NCBI GenBank assembly: GCA_026981615.1
Contig: JALSIH010000222.1
Span: 2,690-26,689 of the forward strand
DNA length: 24,000 nucleotides
Origin: Chitinophagales bacterium
GTDB taxonomy: Bacteria > Bacteroidota > Bacteroidia > Chitinophagales > S012-47
Reading direction: 5' to 3'
In this document: one piece after another, positions 17,159 to 24,000 of the stretch
Position numbering within the stretch: position 1 is the first letter of the stretch
Layout: the number at the start of each line of letters is the position of its first letter
Position numbers and translations under genes: made by a program
The notes under the pieces: generated by a model
What the model saw: only the letters and a program-made list of their open reading frames with translations
The model's database searches: none
What the model was told of the DNA's origin: nothing

Positions 17159-18489
17159 TGCTCATACATGCCGGCCGGAAAAGCAACCGCCTCAGGTATA
17201 TCCTGGATCACCTCTTTTCCGAACTTCTGGGTACGGAAATAGAGCTGACCACGGATGCCGATGTCTATGCCGCTTTCGAAGGACCCAAAATGCATTACGG
17301 AAAGGAGCGCATTGACGATTCTTTCTTCATGCGGGCCCACTCCCTGCTCTTCGAAGAGGGACTGAGGCACCCCGAACCGCTCGTTTTTGAGTATGAAGAA
17401 AGCCATGCCATATTCCGTACCACTTCGTCAGACTGGCCGTTCGATCTGTTTGCGGCTGCCTTTTTCTTGCTTTCCAGGTATGAAGAGTACATGCCTTTTA
17501 TCCGGGATGCACACGGGCGCTTTCCGGCAGACCAGAGTCTGGCTTATAAAAACGGATTTCTGCAGCTTCCGGTCGTGGATATCTGGGCCGCACATTTTAA
17601 GGCCTTTCTGAAGAAAAAATTTCCCTCTCTGCACTTTAAGGAGAAAGAATACCGCTTCACTCCGACTTTTGATATCGACATTGCCTGGTCCTACCTTCAC
17701 AAAGGTGTGCTGCGCAACTTCGGAGGGTTTATGAAAGCGGCTCTTACCGGAAATGTGAAAGATTTCTACTACCGGGCTGCCACGCTTCTTCATGTCAAGC
17801 CCGATCCGTATTTTACCTATGACTATCTCCTTGCCCTTCAGCGAAGCTTCAAATTGAACCCGCTCTACTTCATCCTCATTGGCGACTTTGATGAATACGA
17901 CAAGAATATCTCACACACGGAACCTGCATTCCGTGTGCTCATCAAGCATCTCGATGACATTGCAAGGGTAGGCTTGCATCCATCCTATGCCTCCAACCGG
18001 AAGCCCGAGAAGCTGGAAAAAGAAAAACAACGGCTCGAAGAGATTATCCATCGAAAGGTGGACGACAGCCGTCAGCACTATCTCATGCTGGAGTTTCCGG
18101 CCAGCTATGAGCGGCTTCTCGCGGCAGGCATCCGCAATGATTATACCCTCGGATATACAACACATATGGGTTTTCGGGCCGGAACCTGTACCCCCTTTTA
18201 TTTCTACAATTTGCAATTGGAACAAAAAACCGATCTCAGGTTGCATCCTTTTGCCCTGATGGATGCCAACTTTCGCTATTACATGGACATTTCGCCTTCG
18301 GAAGTGCTGGCAAAGGCAAAACCGGTCATTGATGCTGTCCGGAGGGTCAACGGTTCGCTCTATACCCTTTGGCACAACAATTCATTTAGTGAAGTCTTCG
18401 AATGGAAGGGCTGGCGTGCTGCTTTTGAAGACATAGTCAAATATGCAAATCCTGAAAAAACAAATAAACCGCAAGAGTATGATACATAA
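17155..18489 (+). CDS. DUF7033-like N-domain plus polysaccharide-deacetylase-like domain protein
   Basis: N-terminus GRKSNRLRYILDHLFSELLGTEIELT resembles the Bacteroidota DUF7033 pattern, recalled from memory. TFDIDIAW and GLHPSY are reminiscent of NodB-type motifs. The ATG overlaps the upstream stop (ATGA at 17155-17158). Confidence 0.5.
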   Translation: MMLIHAGRKSNRLRYILDHLFSELLGTEIELTTDADVYAAFEGPKMHYGKERIDDSFFMRAHSLLFEEGLRHPEPLVFEYEESHAIFRTTSSDWPFDLFAAAFFLLSRYEEYMPFIRDAHGRFPADQSLAYKNGFLQLPVVDIWAAHFKAFLKKKFPSLHFKEKEYRFTPTFDIDIAWSYLHKGVLRNFGGFMKAALTGNVKDFYYRAATLLHVKPDPYFTYDYLLALQRSFKLNPLYFILIGDFDEYDKNISHTEPAFRVLIKHLDDIARVGLHPSYASNRKPEKLEKEKQRLEEIIHRKVDDSRQHYLMLEFPASYERLLAAGIRNDYTLGYTTHMGFRAGTCTPFYFYNLQLEQKTDLRLHPFALMDANFRYYMDISPSEVLAKAKPVIDAVRRVNGSLYTLWHNNSFSEVFEWKGWRAAFEDIVKYANPEKTNKPQEYDT

Positions 18490-19129
18490 TTTAAGCAATG
18501 AAGATTCGCTGGTGTCGCAATACATGGCTGAGCTGCGCGATGTCAGGATACAGGGTGACCGCATGCGCTTTCGAAAGAATTTATTTCGGATTGCACAAAT
18601 TGCCGCTTACCGGATAAGCAAGACACTGGAATGGGAGACGCGCGAAATTGAAACTCCGCTCGCATCGTGCAAAGTGCGGGTACTCAAAGAGCAACCCCTC
18701 ATTGCCAATATTCTGCGGGCCGGGATGCCCATGCACAACGGACTGCTCGACTTTTTTGACCGGGCCGACAATGCATTTATATCGGCCTATCGCAAGCATT
18801 CCGATGAGGATGAGTTTATCATCGAGCTGGAATATCTCAGCTGTCCGCCTCCGGACGGAAGGGTGCTGATACTGGCCGATCCCATGCTGGCTACGGGTTC
18901 ATCCATGGTGCTTACGCTCAAGGCCCTTCACGCACTCGGCAAGCCTTCGGCCACACATGTGATATCTGCCATTGCCTCGCGGCAGGGCATTGCCACCCTC
19001 AGCAAAGCTTTTCCGGACATCACAATCTGGGCAGGAGATATCGACCCGGAACTCAACAGCAAGAGCTACATCGTGCCGGGACTGGGCGATGCGGGTGATC
19101 TGGCTTTCGGGCCGAAAATGCAGTCCTAA
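18479..19129 (+). CDS. upp: Uracil phosphoribosyltransferase
   Basis: PRPP motif LADPMLATGSS and motif YIVPGLGDAGD. ATG 18479 (MIHNLSNEDSLV) is preferred over 18443. Overlaps the upstream CDS by 11 nt. Confidence 0.9.
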   Translation: MIHNLSNEDSLVSQYMAELRDVRIQGDRMRFRKNLFRIAQIAAYRISKTLEWETREIETPLASCKVRVLKEQPLIANILRAGMPMHNGLLDFFDRADNAFISAYRKHSDEDEFIIELEYLSCPPPDGRVLILADPMLATGSSMVLTLKALHALGKPSATHVISAIASRQGIATLSKAFPDITIWAGDIDPELNSKSYIVPGLGDAGDLAFGPKMQS

Positions 19130-19219
19130 TGCTCCGAATAGGACATTCGGTTGGACATAAATTAATGAAAATCATATGGATGCAGCCCGCTTTTTCATTC
19201 TTTTCATGACAATTATATT

Positions 19220-19250
19220 TTGAAAAAGGGAGGAACATTGTTTACTTTTG
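19220..19250 (+). promoter_or_regulatory. Promoter with -33 TTG and -7 TACTTTTG
   Basis: TTG at 19220-19222 and TACTTTTG at 19243-19250, with a 20-nt spacer. About 45 nt upstream of the porP/sprF ATG. Confidence 0.55.
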
Positions 19251-19295
19251 GTAACTTCTCTTTAATAAAAGCAAAATAATTTAGACCTTCCCCTC

Positions 19296-20321
19296 ATGAA
19301 ACGAGTACTACTTATTGCCTTTGCCCTGCTCTTAGGATTCGTTGTGAATGCGCAAGACCCGCATTTTTCGCAATTCAACGCTTCCCCGCTTACACTGAAT
19401 CCGGCCATGGCCGGCAAAGTGCAATGTACCTATCGTGCATCGGTCAACTATCGCGATCAGTGGAACTCGATCCCGGCACCCTATGTCACTTATACGGCCG
19501 GCTTTGATATGGCACTGATGAAGGAAAAACTCAACGGAAGCGCTATCGGAGTTGGACTTTTGGCACTCAACGACCGCTCCGGTGACGGCAACCTGACCGC
19601 CCCCAATATCGGCCTCTTTCTGGCTTATCATCAACGCCTGGGGAGCAACAGCATCCTTTCTGTCGGATTTCAGGGCTCATTCAATGAAAAACGCATTGAC
19701 CCGACCAAGCTGATCTTTCCCAATCAGATTACGGCCGGTGGGGTAGACCCCACGTTGCCGAATAATGAGCCTTTTATCGGGGATATTCAATATTTTGACC
19801 TCAATGCAGGCATGCATTTCAGCTCCATCATTTCTGACAATTTCAGCCTGAACATTGGAACGGCTGTATATCACATTACCCAACCCAAAGAGTCTTTCCT
19901 GAATGACCCTAATAATCAGGTGTTTTTGCGATATGTAGCACATGGCGGCTTTACCACTACACTGAGCGATCAATGGACCATCAGCCCTTCGGCATTGTAT
20001 ATGCGCCAGGCCAATGTGGATCAATTGAATGCCGGTGCTTCCTTCGGATATCACACCGATGAAGCTTCCGTATATTTCGGCACCTGGTACCGCATGCATC
20101 TGCTGACATCCAACCAAAACAACTTCAACGAATCATTGCTGAGTTCGGTAATTGCCCTTGTAGGAGTGGAATTTAATACCCTCATATTGGGATTCAGCTA
20201 TGATATTACGGCCAATTCGCTGAGCCAGGCCAATGGTGGCAGGGGTGGTTTTGAATTATCCCTGCAATACACGGGTTGTATCCGAAAGTCCCGCAACATC
20301 ACCCAGTGCCCGACTTTTTAA
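19296..20321 (+). CDS. PorP/SprF family type IX secretion system membrane protein
   Basis: Signal peptide followed by the hallmark AQDPHFSQFNASPLTLNPAMAG. Beta-barrel-like body. C-terminus QCPTF. Confidence 0.85.
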   Translation: MKRVLLIAFALLLGFVVNAQDPHFSQFNASPLTLNPAMAGKVQCTYRASVNYRDQWNSIPAPYVTYTAGFDMALMKEKLNGSAIGVGLLALNDRSGDGNLTAPNIGLFLAYHQRLGSNSILSVGFQGSFNEKRIDPTKLIFPNQITAGGVDPTLPNNEPFIGDIQYFDLNAGMHFSSIISDNFSLNIGTAVYHITQPKESFLNDPNNQVFLRYVAHGGFTTTLSDQWTISPSALYMRQANVDQLNAGASFGYHTDEASVYFGTWYRMHLLTSNQNNFNESLLSSVIALVGVEFNTLILGFSYDITANSLSQANGGRGGFELSLQYTGCIRKSRNITQCPTF

Positions 20322-20344
20322 AGAAAGAATAAGCAGTTAATCTG

Positions 20345-20380
20345 AAAGCCGGTATCTTCAAAATGCCGGCTTTTTTATTT
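20345..20380 (+). terminator. Rho-independent terminator after porP/sprF
   Basis: Stem AAAGCCGG / CCGGCTTT, extendable by 3 more pairs, followed by TTTTTTATTT. Confidence 0.7.
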
Positions 20381-20388
20381 TTATCATT

Positions 20389-20664
20389 ATGAAAGAAAAA
20401 AGGATTTGTCTTCGGGTGTACGGACGTGTGCAGGGTGTCTTCTTCCGGGCATTTGTGCAGCAGGAAGCCCGGGCAAAGGGACTCCGGGGTTTTGTGATCA
20501 ACCGCCCCGACCGATCACTTTATATCGAAGCCGAAGGGGAAGAGGGCAAGTTGTCGGAGTTTATTGAACGTGTCAAAAGCGGCCCTCCCGCGGCACGGGT
20601 TCGGGATATGGATATCCAATGGTGTGAGCCGGCCGGATATGAAGACTTTCAAATCAGATATTAA
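20389..20664 (+). CDS. acyP: Acylphosphatase
   Basis: Motif VYGRVQGVFFR. 91 aa. Confidence 0.9.
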   Translation: MKEKRICLRVYGRVQGVFFRAFVQQEARAKGLRGFVINRPDRSLYIEAEGEEGKLSEFIERVKSGPPAARVRDMDIQWCEPAGYEDFQIRY

Positions 20665-20670
20665 AGTAAA

Positions 20671-21222
20671 ATGAAAAGAAGGCTCTTTCTGGCGCAGCCC
20701 CTCGATGAAGAGAGCAAAGATGTTTTCCGGCTGTTCCGGGATACAATGAAAAAGGAGACTGAGGGCGTACGCTGGGTTCCGGAGAAAAATCTGCACCTCA
20801 CGATTCTCTTCCTCGGTGAGCAGGCCGAAGAACTGCTGCCGGTCATTGCCATGGAGCTGGAGAAATTGTCTTTGGAGTCAGCCGCCTTCGACCTGGAATT
20901 TGATCGATACGAAACCAGGTTCAGACGATCGAAGCCGGCCATGATATGGGCAAGATACCGGGAGCAGGAAGCCTTTGCCTCGTTGGCAAACAGGGCGCAT
21001 TGCCTGCTTTCGGAATGGATACCGCTTGGCGAACCCCGTCCGCGGCAAATTCCGCATATTACCCTGGCACGCATCAGGAGCAAAAAATGGAACCGGGCTT
21101 TTCCGGCTGATATGCCCCGTCCGCAAAAACTCAGGGTTAATGAATTGCTGCTCTTCGAATCCGTCACGGGTGCAGCAGAACCCGTCTACCTTCCTTTAGA
21201 GCGTTTCCCCCTGCTCCATTGA
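20671..21222 (+). CDS. thpR: RNA 2',3'-cyclic phosphodiesterase (2H family, LigT/ThpR)
   Basis: Two HxT motifs, HLTILFLGE and HITLARI. 183 aa. Confidence 0.85.
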   Translation: MKRRLFLAQPLDEESKDVFRLFRDTMKKETEGVRWVPEKNLHLTILFLGEQAEELLPVIAMELEKLSLESAAFDLEFDRYETRFRRSKPAMIWARYREQEAFASLANRAHCLLSEWIPLGEPRPRQIPHITLARIRSKKWNRAFPADMPRPQKLRVNELLLFESVTGAAEPVYLPLERFPLLH

Positions 21223-22764
21223 GACGGGATACCCGCTTTCGACCGCGAAGCGGCACCAGTGGCAGCCGGCACGGCCACAACCCCTGTCGAAGACCCCGTT
21301 TTGTATGGAAGCATAGACGGATCGGATTTGCCCGGCTACAAACTCCTTGTCCTCCCTGTCGGGGATGATGCATATCTCGCTCAATCCGTTTTTCTGCTTT
21401 TCGATGTAATCGAAGATTACTTTGCGGGGCTTCCAGCGGGTAGACGGATCATGGGCAATGAGCAAGTGATAAAATACAGCCTGGCGCCAGTAATTTCCTC
21501 CCTTGCTGTGCTCAAAAGGAAACTCTTCGCCTGCCTTTCCCGGAGCGGCAAAGCGCTGTGTGTTTCCGCTGATTTGCCCTGTTTTGTAGTCTATAATGTC
21601 GGCATCGAAATAGTCAAATTCGATTTTGTCCAAAAAGCCGTGGATCGGCACCTCATCGATGCGGGCTTGAATTCTGCGCTCTATGCTCACCACCCGTTTC
21701 CACCCGGCCTCTTTTCTTTTGTAATAATTGCTCAGGCTTTCCTTGCCGTAGCAAAGTTTGTCGAGGTAGTGTTGCTCGTCAGGGAAGAAGGATCGTTGTC
21801 TTTGCATGGCTGCCTCAAAGGCTTGCAGCAGAACGGCCTCACCGGGGAAAGTCCCCGACTTGCCGCGAAGCATGATCCTGAAAATCTCTTCGAGCGCCCC
21901 GTGGACTGCCGATCCGAATGCCATGGCGGCACTCTTGCGGCCCGGAGCCCGGATCACAGTCTCAAAATAGAAGGACAGGGGGCAGTGCAGGAAACTGTTG
22001 AGATGACTGACGGACAGACGGTACTTTTTCAGAGAATGCCGCATCCATTCTTCGGGCAGGAGCGGAATACGGGGTTTGAAAAGCGCACGGTCGCGGACAA
22101 TGCAGTCATGGCCTGCACAGCCGGCATCAGGGAAAATATGCAGGACATTCTGCCGTCCGGGGCATTCCCTGAAGCGGATTTCCACTGCCTCACTTTCCTC
22201 CGCAGCGAGGGTCAGGCGCTCTTCTCCGCGGGCCAATGCCTCCCATATTTTTTTTCGGATGCCCTTTTCCTCCTTTGCAAAAAAGTGTGCCATCGCAGCG
22301 CTTATATTTTCTTCCTTCTGCCAGACGGAGAGCTGCATGACGGCTTCTCTGATGCTCATCTTTCCGGCAGATTCAAGCCGGTTTTGCGATCGCAGAAAAG
22401 CATGGAAGACCGTGCTGCTGCGTGTCTGATAAAATTGAAGGGCCAGATGATCGATTTCCTGCAGATCAAGTTGCCAGGCGGGATGATGCAATATCTCAAA
22501 AAGCAGGTCATCGCGGCTGCCCGGCCGTTCTTTTTCGGCCCGGAGCCAGGCAGTTGTCTTTGTCAGAAGCCCTGCCTGGAAAGTATCGGAAAGGTCAATC
22601 TCCACATGCCCCCGGAAGGAATGCCCCCAGCGGGAAAGATAATAGCTGAGAGCCGGCCGCTCGTAAAATACCAGTGCACAGTTCTCTGCCGGCTTTCCGG
22701 CCAGCCACTGCCCGGTGGCGGGGCCCAGCTGCCACAGTTTTTCTACGTGAATAACTTCGGGCAT
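21196..22764 (-). CDS. PD-(D/E)XK (RecB/AddA-type) nuclease family protein with Cys ligands for an Fe-S cluster
   Basis: Nuclease motifs GFLDKIEF, IIDYKTG and QAVFYHLL. Cys in HCPLSFY plus C-terminal CGRAGCHWC. An in-frame TAA lies 4 codons upstream of ATG 22764. These recognisable motifs identify the minus strand as the coding strand here. Confidence 0.75.
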   Translation of the reverse strand: MPEVIHVEKLWQLGPATGQWLAGKPAENCALVFYERPALSYYLSRWGHSFRGHVEIDLSDTFQAGLLTKTTAWLRAEKERPGSRDDLLFEILHHPAWQLDLQEIDHLALQFYQTRSSTVFHAFLRSQNRLESAGKMSIREAVMQLSVWQKEENISAAMAHFFAKEEKGIRKKIWEALARGEERLTLAAEESEAVEIRFRECPGRQNVLHIFPDAGCAGHDCIVRDRALFKPRIPLLPEEWMRHSLKKYRLSVSHLNSFLHCPLSFYFETVIRAPGRKSAAMAFGSAVHGALEEIFRIMLRGKSGTFPGEAVLLQAFEAAMQRQRSFFPDEQHYLDKLCYGKESLSNYYKRKEAGWKRVVSIERRIQARIDEVPIHGFLDKIEFDYFDADIIDYKTGQISGNTQRFAAPGKAGEEFPFEHSKGGNYWRQAVFYHLLIAHDPSTRWKPRKVIFDYIEKQKNGLSEICIIPDREDKEFVAGQIRSVYASIQNGVFDRGCGRAGCHWCRFAVESGYPVSMEQGETL

Positions 22765-22778
22765 TGTGTAGTTTTATC

Positions 22779-22786
22779 CAAAATTA
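22779..22786 (-). promoter_or_regulatory. -7 box TAATTTTG on the minus strand
   Basis: Perfect TAnnTTTG on the minus strand, 14 nt upstream of the nuclease ATG 22764. Lies in the 27-bp divergent spacer. Confidence 0.45.
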
Positions 22787-22791
22787 ATGCA

Positions 22792-23913
22792 ATGAAGAAG
22801 ATATCTATTCTCGGAGCCGGACGCATGAGCCATGCCATGGCCTTTGACCTTTCACGGGATTTCCGGGTGACGCTTGTCGACCGGGATGAAGAGGCCTTGG
22901 AACTCTTGAAAGAGAAATACGGAGTGGAAACGGAAAAAGCCGACCTGCTGCGGGAAGGGGAGGTCGCCCGTGTAACGGCCGGTGCCGATCTGGTGATCGG
23001 AGCGGTGCCGGGTTTTATGGCGCATCAGACTTTGGGAGCGGTCATTGCCTCGGGCAAAAATATGGTGGACATTTCTTTCGGACCGGAAGACCCTTTTGAA
23101 TGGGACGGGCTGGCCCGCGAGAAAAATGTGACGGCCATTGTCGATGCCGGTGTGGCCCCCGGAATGAGCAATCTTTTTCTGGGTCGCCATGCGGCCATGG
23201 GGCCGGTGCAGTCTTTTGCCTGCTATGTGGGGGGATTGCCCGTAGAGCGGAAATGGCCCTTTGAATACAAAGCCCCGTTTTCGCCCGTTGACGTGATAGA
23301 AGAATATACACGCCCGGCACGCTACCGCAAGGGCGGGAAGCCGGTCGTCATGCCCGCACTGAGTGAACCCGAAAGAATAGATTTTGAAGCCATAGGCAGC
23401 CTCGAAGCATTTAATACGGACGGGTTGAGAACCTTGCTGCGTACCATGGAAGTGCCGGATATGGTCGAAAAAACCCTCCGCTACCCGGGCCACCGGGCAC
23501 TGATGGAAGCCTTTCGCGAGACAGGGCTCTTCAGCGAAGAAAAAATAGAAATAAAAGGAACGCCAATAAGCCCCCTCGAAGTGACTGCCGCGAAATTGCT
23601 GGAGCACTGGAAGCTGGAAGAGGATGAGGCGGAGTTTACGGTCATGCGGGTGGACATCCGGCAGGAAGGCAGACTGAGACGATATCAGCTCCTGGATTTT
23701 CGAGACCCGGAAAGCGGCCTGAGTTCCATGGCTCGCAGCACGGGCTTTGCCGCCACGGCCATGGCCCGTGCCTTTCTGGCCGGATTATTTGAGGAAAAAG
23801 GCATTCGGCCGCCCGAGTTTCTCGCTGCCAATGAAGCCGCTTTTGAATTTATAATGAAGCATCTGAAATCCCTGGGTGTCGAGTGGCTTTCTTTTGATGT
23901 GCAGCAAGGTTAA
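22792..23913 (+). CDS. Saccharopine dehydrogenase family NAD(P)-binding protein
   Basis: The internal Met of the 884-aa track ORF gives MKKISILGAGRMSHAMAFDL, a Rossmann GxGxxS motif. A Sacchrp_dh-like C-domain follows. 373 aa, a normal length for the family. Confidence 0.8.
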   Translation: MKKISILGAGRMSHAMAFDLSRDFRVTLVDRDEEALELLKEKYGVETEKADLLREGEVARVTAGADLVIGAVPGFMAHQTLGAVIASGKNMVDISFGPEDPFEWDGLAREKNVTAIVDAGVAPGMSNLFLGRHAAMGPVQSFACYVGGLPVERKWPFEYKAPFSPVDVIEEYTRPARYRKGGKPVVMPALSEPERIDFEAIGSLEAFNTDGLRTLLRTMEVPDMVEKTLRYPGHRALMEAFRETGLFSEEKIEIKGTPISPLEVTAAKLLEHWKLEEDEAEFTVMRVDIRQEGRLRRYQLLDFRDPESGLSSMARSTGFAATAMARAFLAGLFEEKGIRPPEFLAANEAAFEFIMKHLKSLGVEWLSFDVQQG

Positions 23914-23927
23914 AATCTTTGAGTTTT

Positions 23928-23947
23928 AAATGAACATTTGTTCATTT
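23928..23947. promoter_or_regulatory. Perfect 20-bp palindrome AAATGAACA-TT-TGTTCATTT (operator candidate or weak terminator hairpin)
   Basis: 9-bp arms with core GAAC-ATTT-GTTC. Lies 14 nt after the saccharopine-DH stop and 10 nt before an ATG at 23958. Confidence 0.4.
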
Positions 23948-24000
23948 GTCGGGGTTTATGAGGAAAAAATATCATGGAATACTATTTTTCGAAAAACGTG

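Noticed and set aside
19134-19150. Hairpin CCGAAT-AGGAC-ATTCGG just after upp, considered as a terminator
   Set aside because: The stem is only 6 bp and it is followed by TTGG rather than a U-tract. That is too weak to call, although it may still contribute to 3' end formation.
19164-19208. AT-rich inverted repeat AATGAAAA / TTTTCATT, with a second TTTTCATG copy, in the upp-porP spacer. Considered as an invertible-promoter flank or an sRNA.
   Set aside because: The arms are short (8 bp) and low-complexity, with no second distal repeat to bracket the promoter. The 61-aa minus ORF here (19053..19238) looks spurious.
22774-22782. TTATCCAAA, an 8/9 match to the DnaA box TTATCCACA
   Set aside because: It is a single isolated occurrence with no cluster, AT-rich unwinding element or dnaA/dnaN context. 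It is not an origin.
21259-22791. N-terminal 511 aa of the 884-aa plus-strand ORF, considered as a real protein
   Set aside because: It is antisense to a CDS with unambiguous RecB-nuclease motifs, starts at a GTG and has no recognisable domain. The real gene has a canonical Rossmann N-terminus at Met 22792. The open frame is explained by the codon-aligned antisense effect, which needs only the absence of TTA/CTA/TCA in the sense gene.
1-24000. Search for tRNA or rRNA, CRISPR repeats, IS elements, integrases, toxin-antitoxin pairs and defence islands
   Set aside because: No spacer is long enough for a structured RNA gene except 19130-19295, which lacks tRNA or SRP-like features. No periodic repeats were seen. 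All ORFs of credible length are accounted for by housekeeping families.

Overview
This window is a gene-dense segment of core chromosome from a Bacteroidota genome, with about 26 CDS, spacers mostly under 70 bp, and several overlapping start and stop codons. Four things support that placement: the conserved block DUF6089-like x2 / uppS / bamA / skp x2 / murI, a PorP/SprF type IX secretion gene, repeated TAnnTTTG -7 promoter boxes in the spacers, and almost no Shine-Dalgarno sequences. The remaining genes are feoAB, a small cytochrome c, anmK, an SDR epimerase, adk, obg, an EamA transporter, ridA, a HAD-like protein, a DUF7033/deacetylase-like protein, upp, acyP, thpR, a RecB-type nuclease and a saccharopine-dehydrogenase-family gene. 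I found no rRNA or tRNA, CRISPR array, transposase or integrase, prophage, or recognisable defence or toxin module. I do not see a convincing novel multi-gene system, and the region looks ordinary. Six oddities are worth a second look. (1) A half-size RecB/AddA-like Fe-S nuclease has no ATPase half. (2) An 884-codon ORF in the track is a chimera: 511 stop-free codons antisense to that nuclease, fused in frame to the real downstream gene. (3) A translationally coupled trio links a degenerate 3-hydroxyacyl-CoA-dehydrogenase-like protein, DUF7033 and upp. (4) A perfect 20-bp GAAC-N4-GTTC palindrome sits at the right edge. (5) A 57-aa lipoprotein gene is missing from the ORF track. (6) Three pairs of convergent genes overlap at their 3' ends. 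All family names come from motif recognition and memory, and no database search was run.
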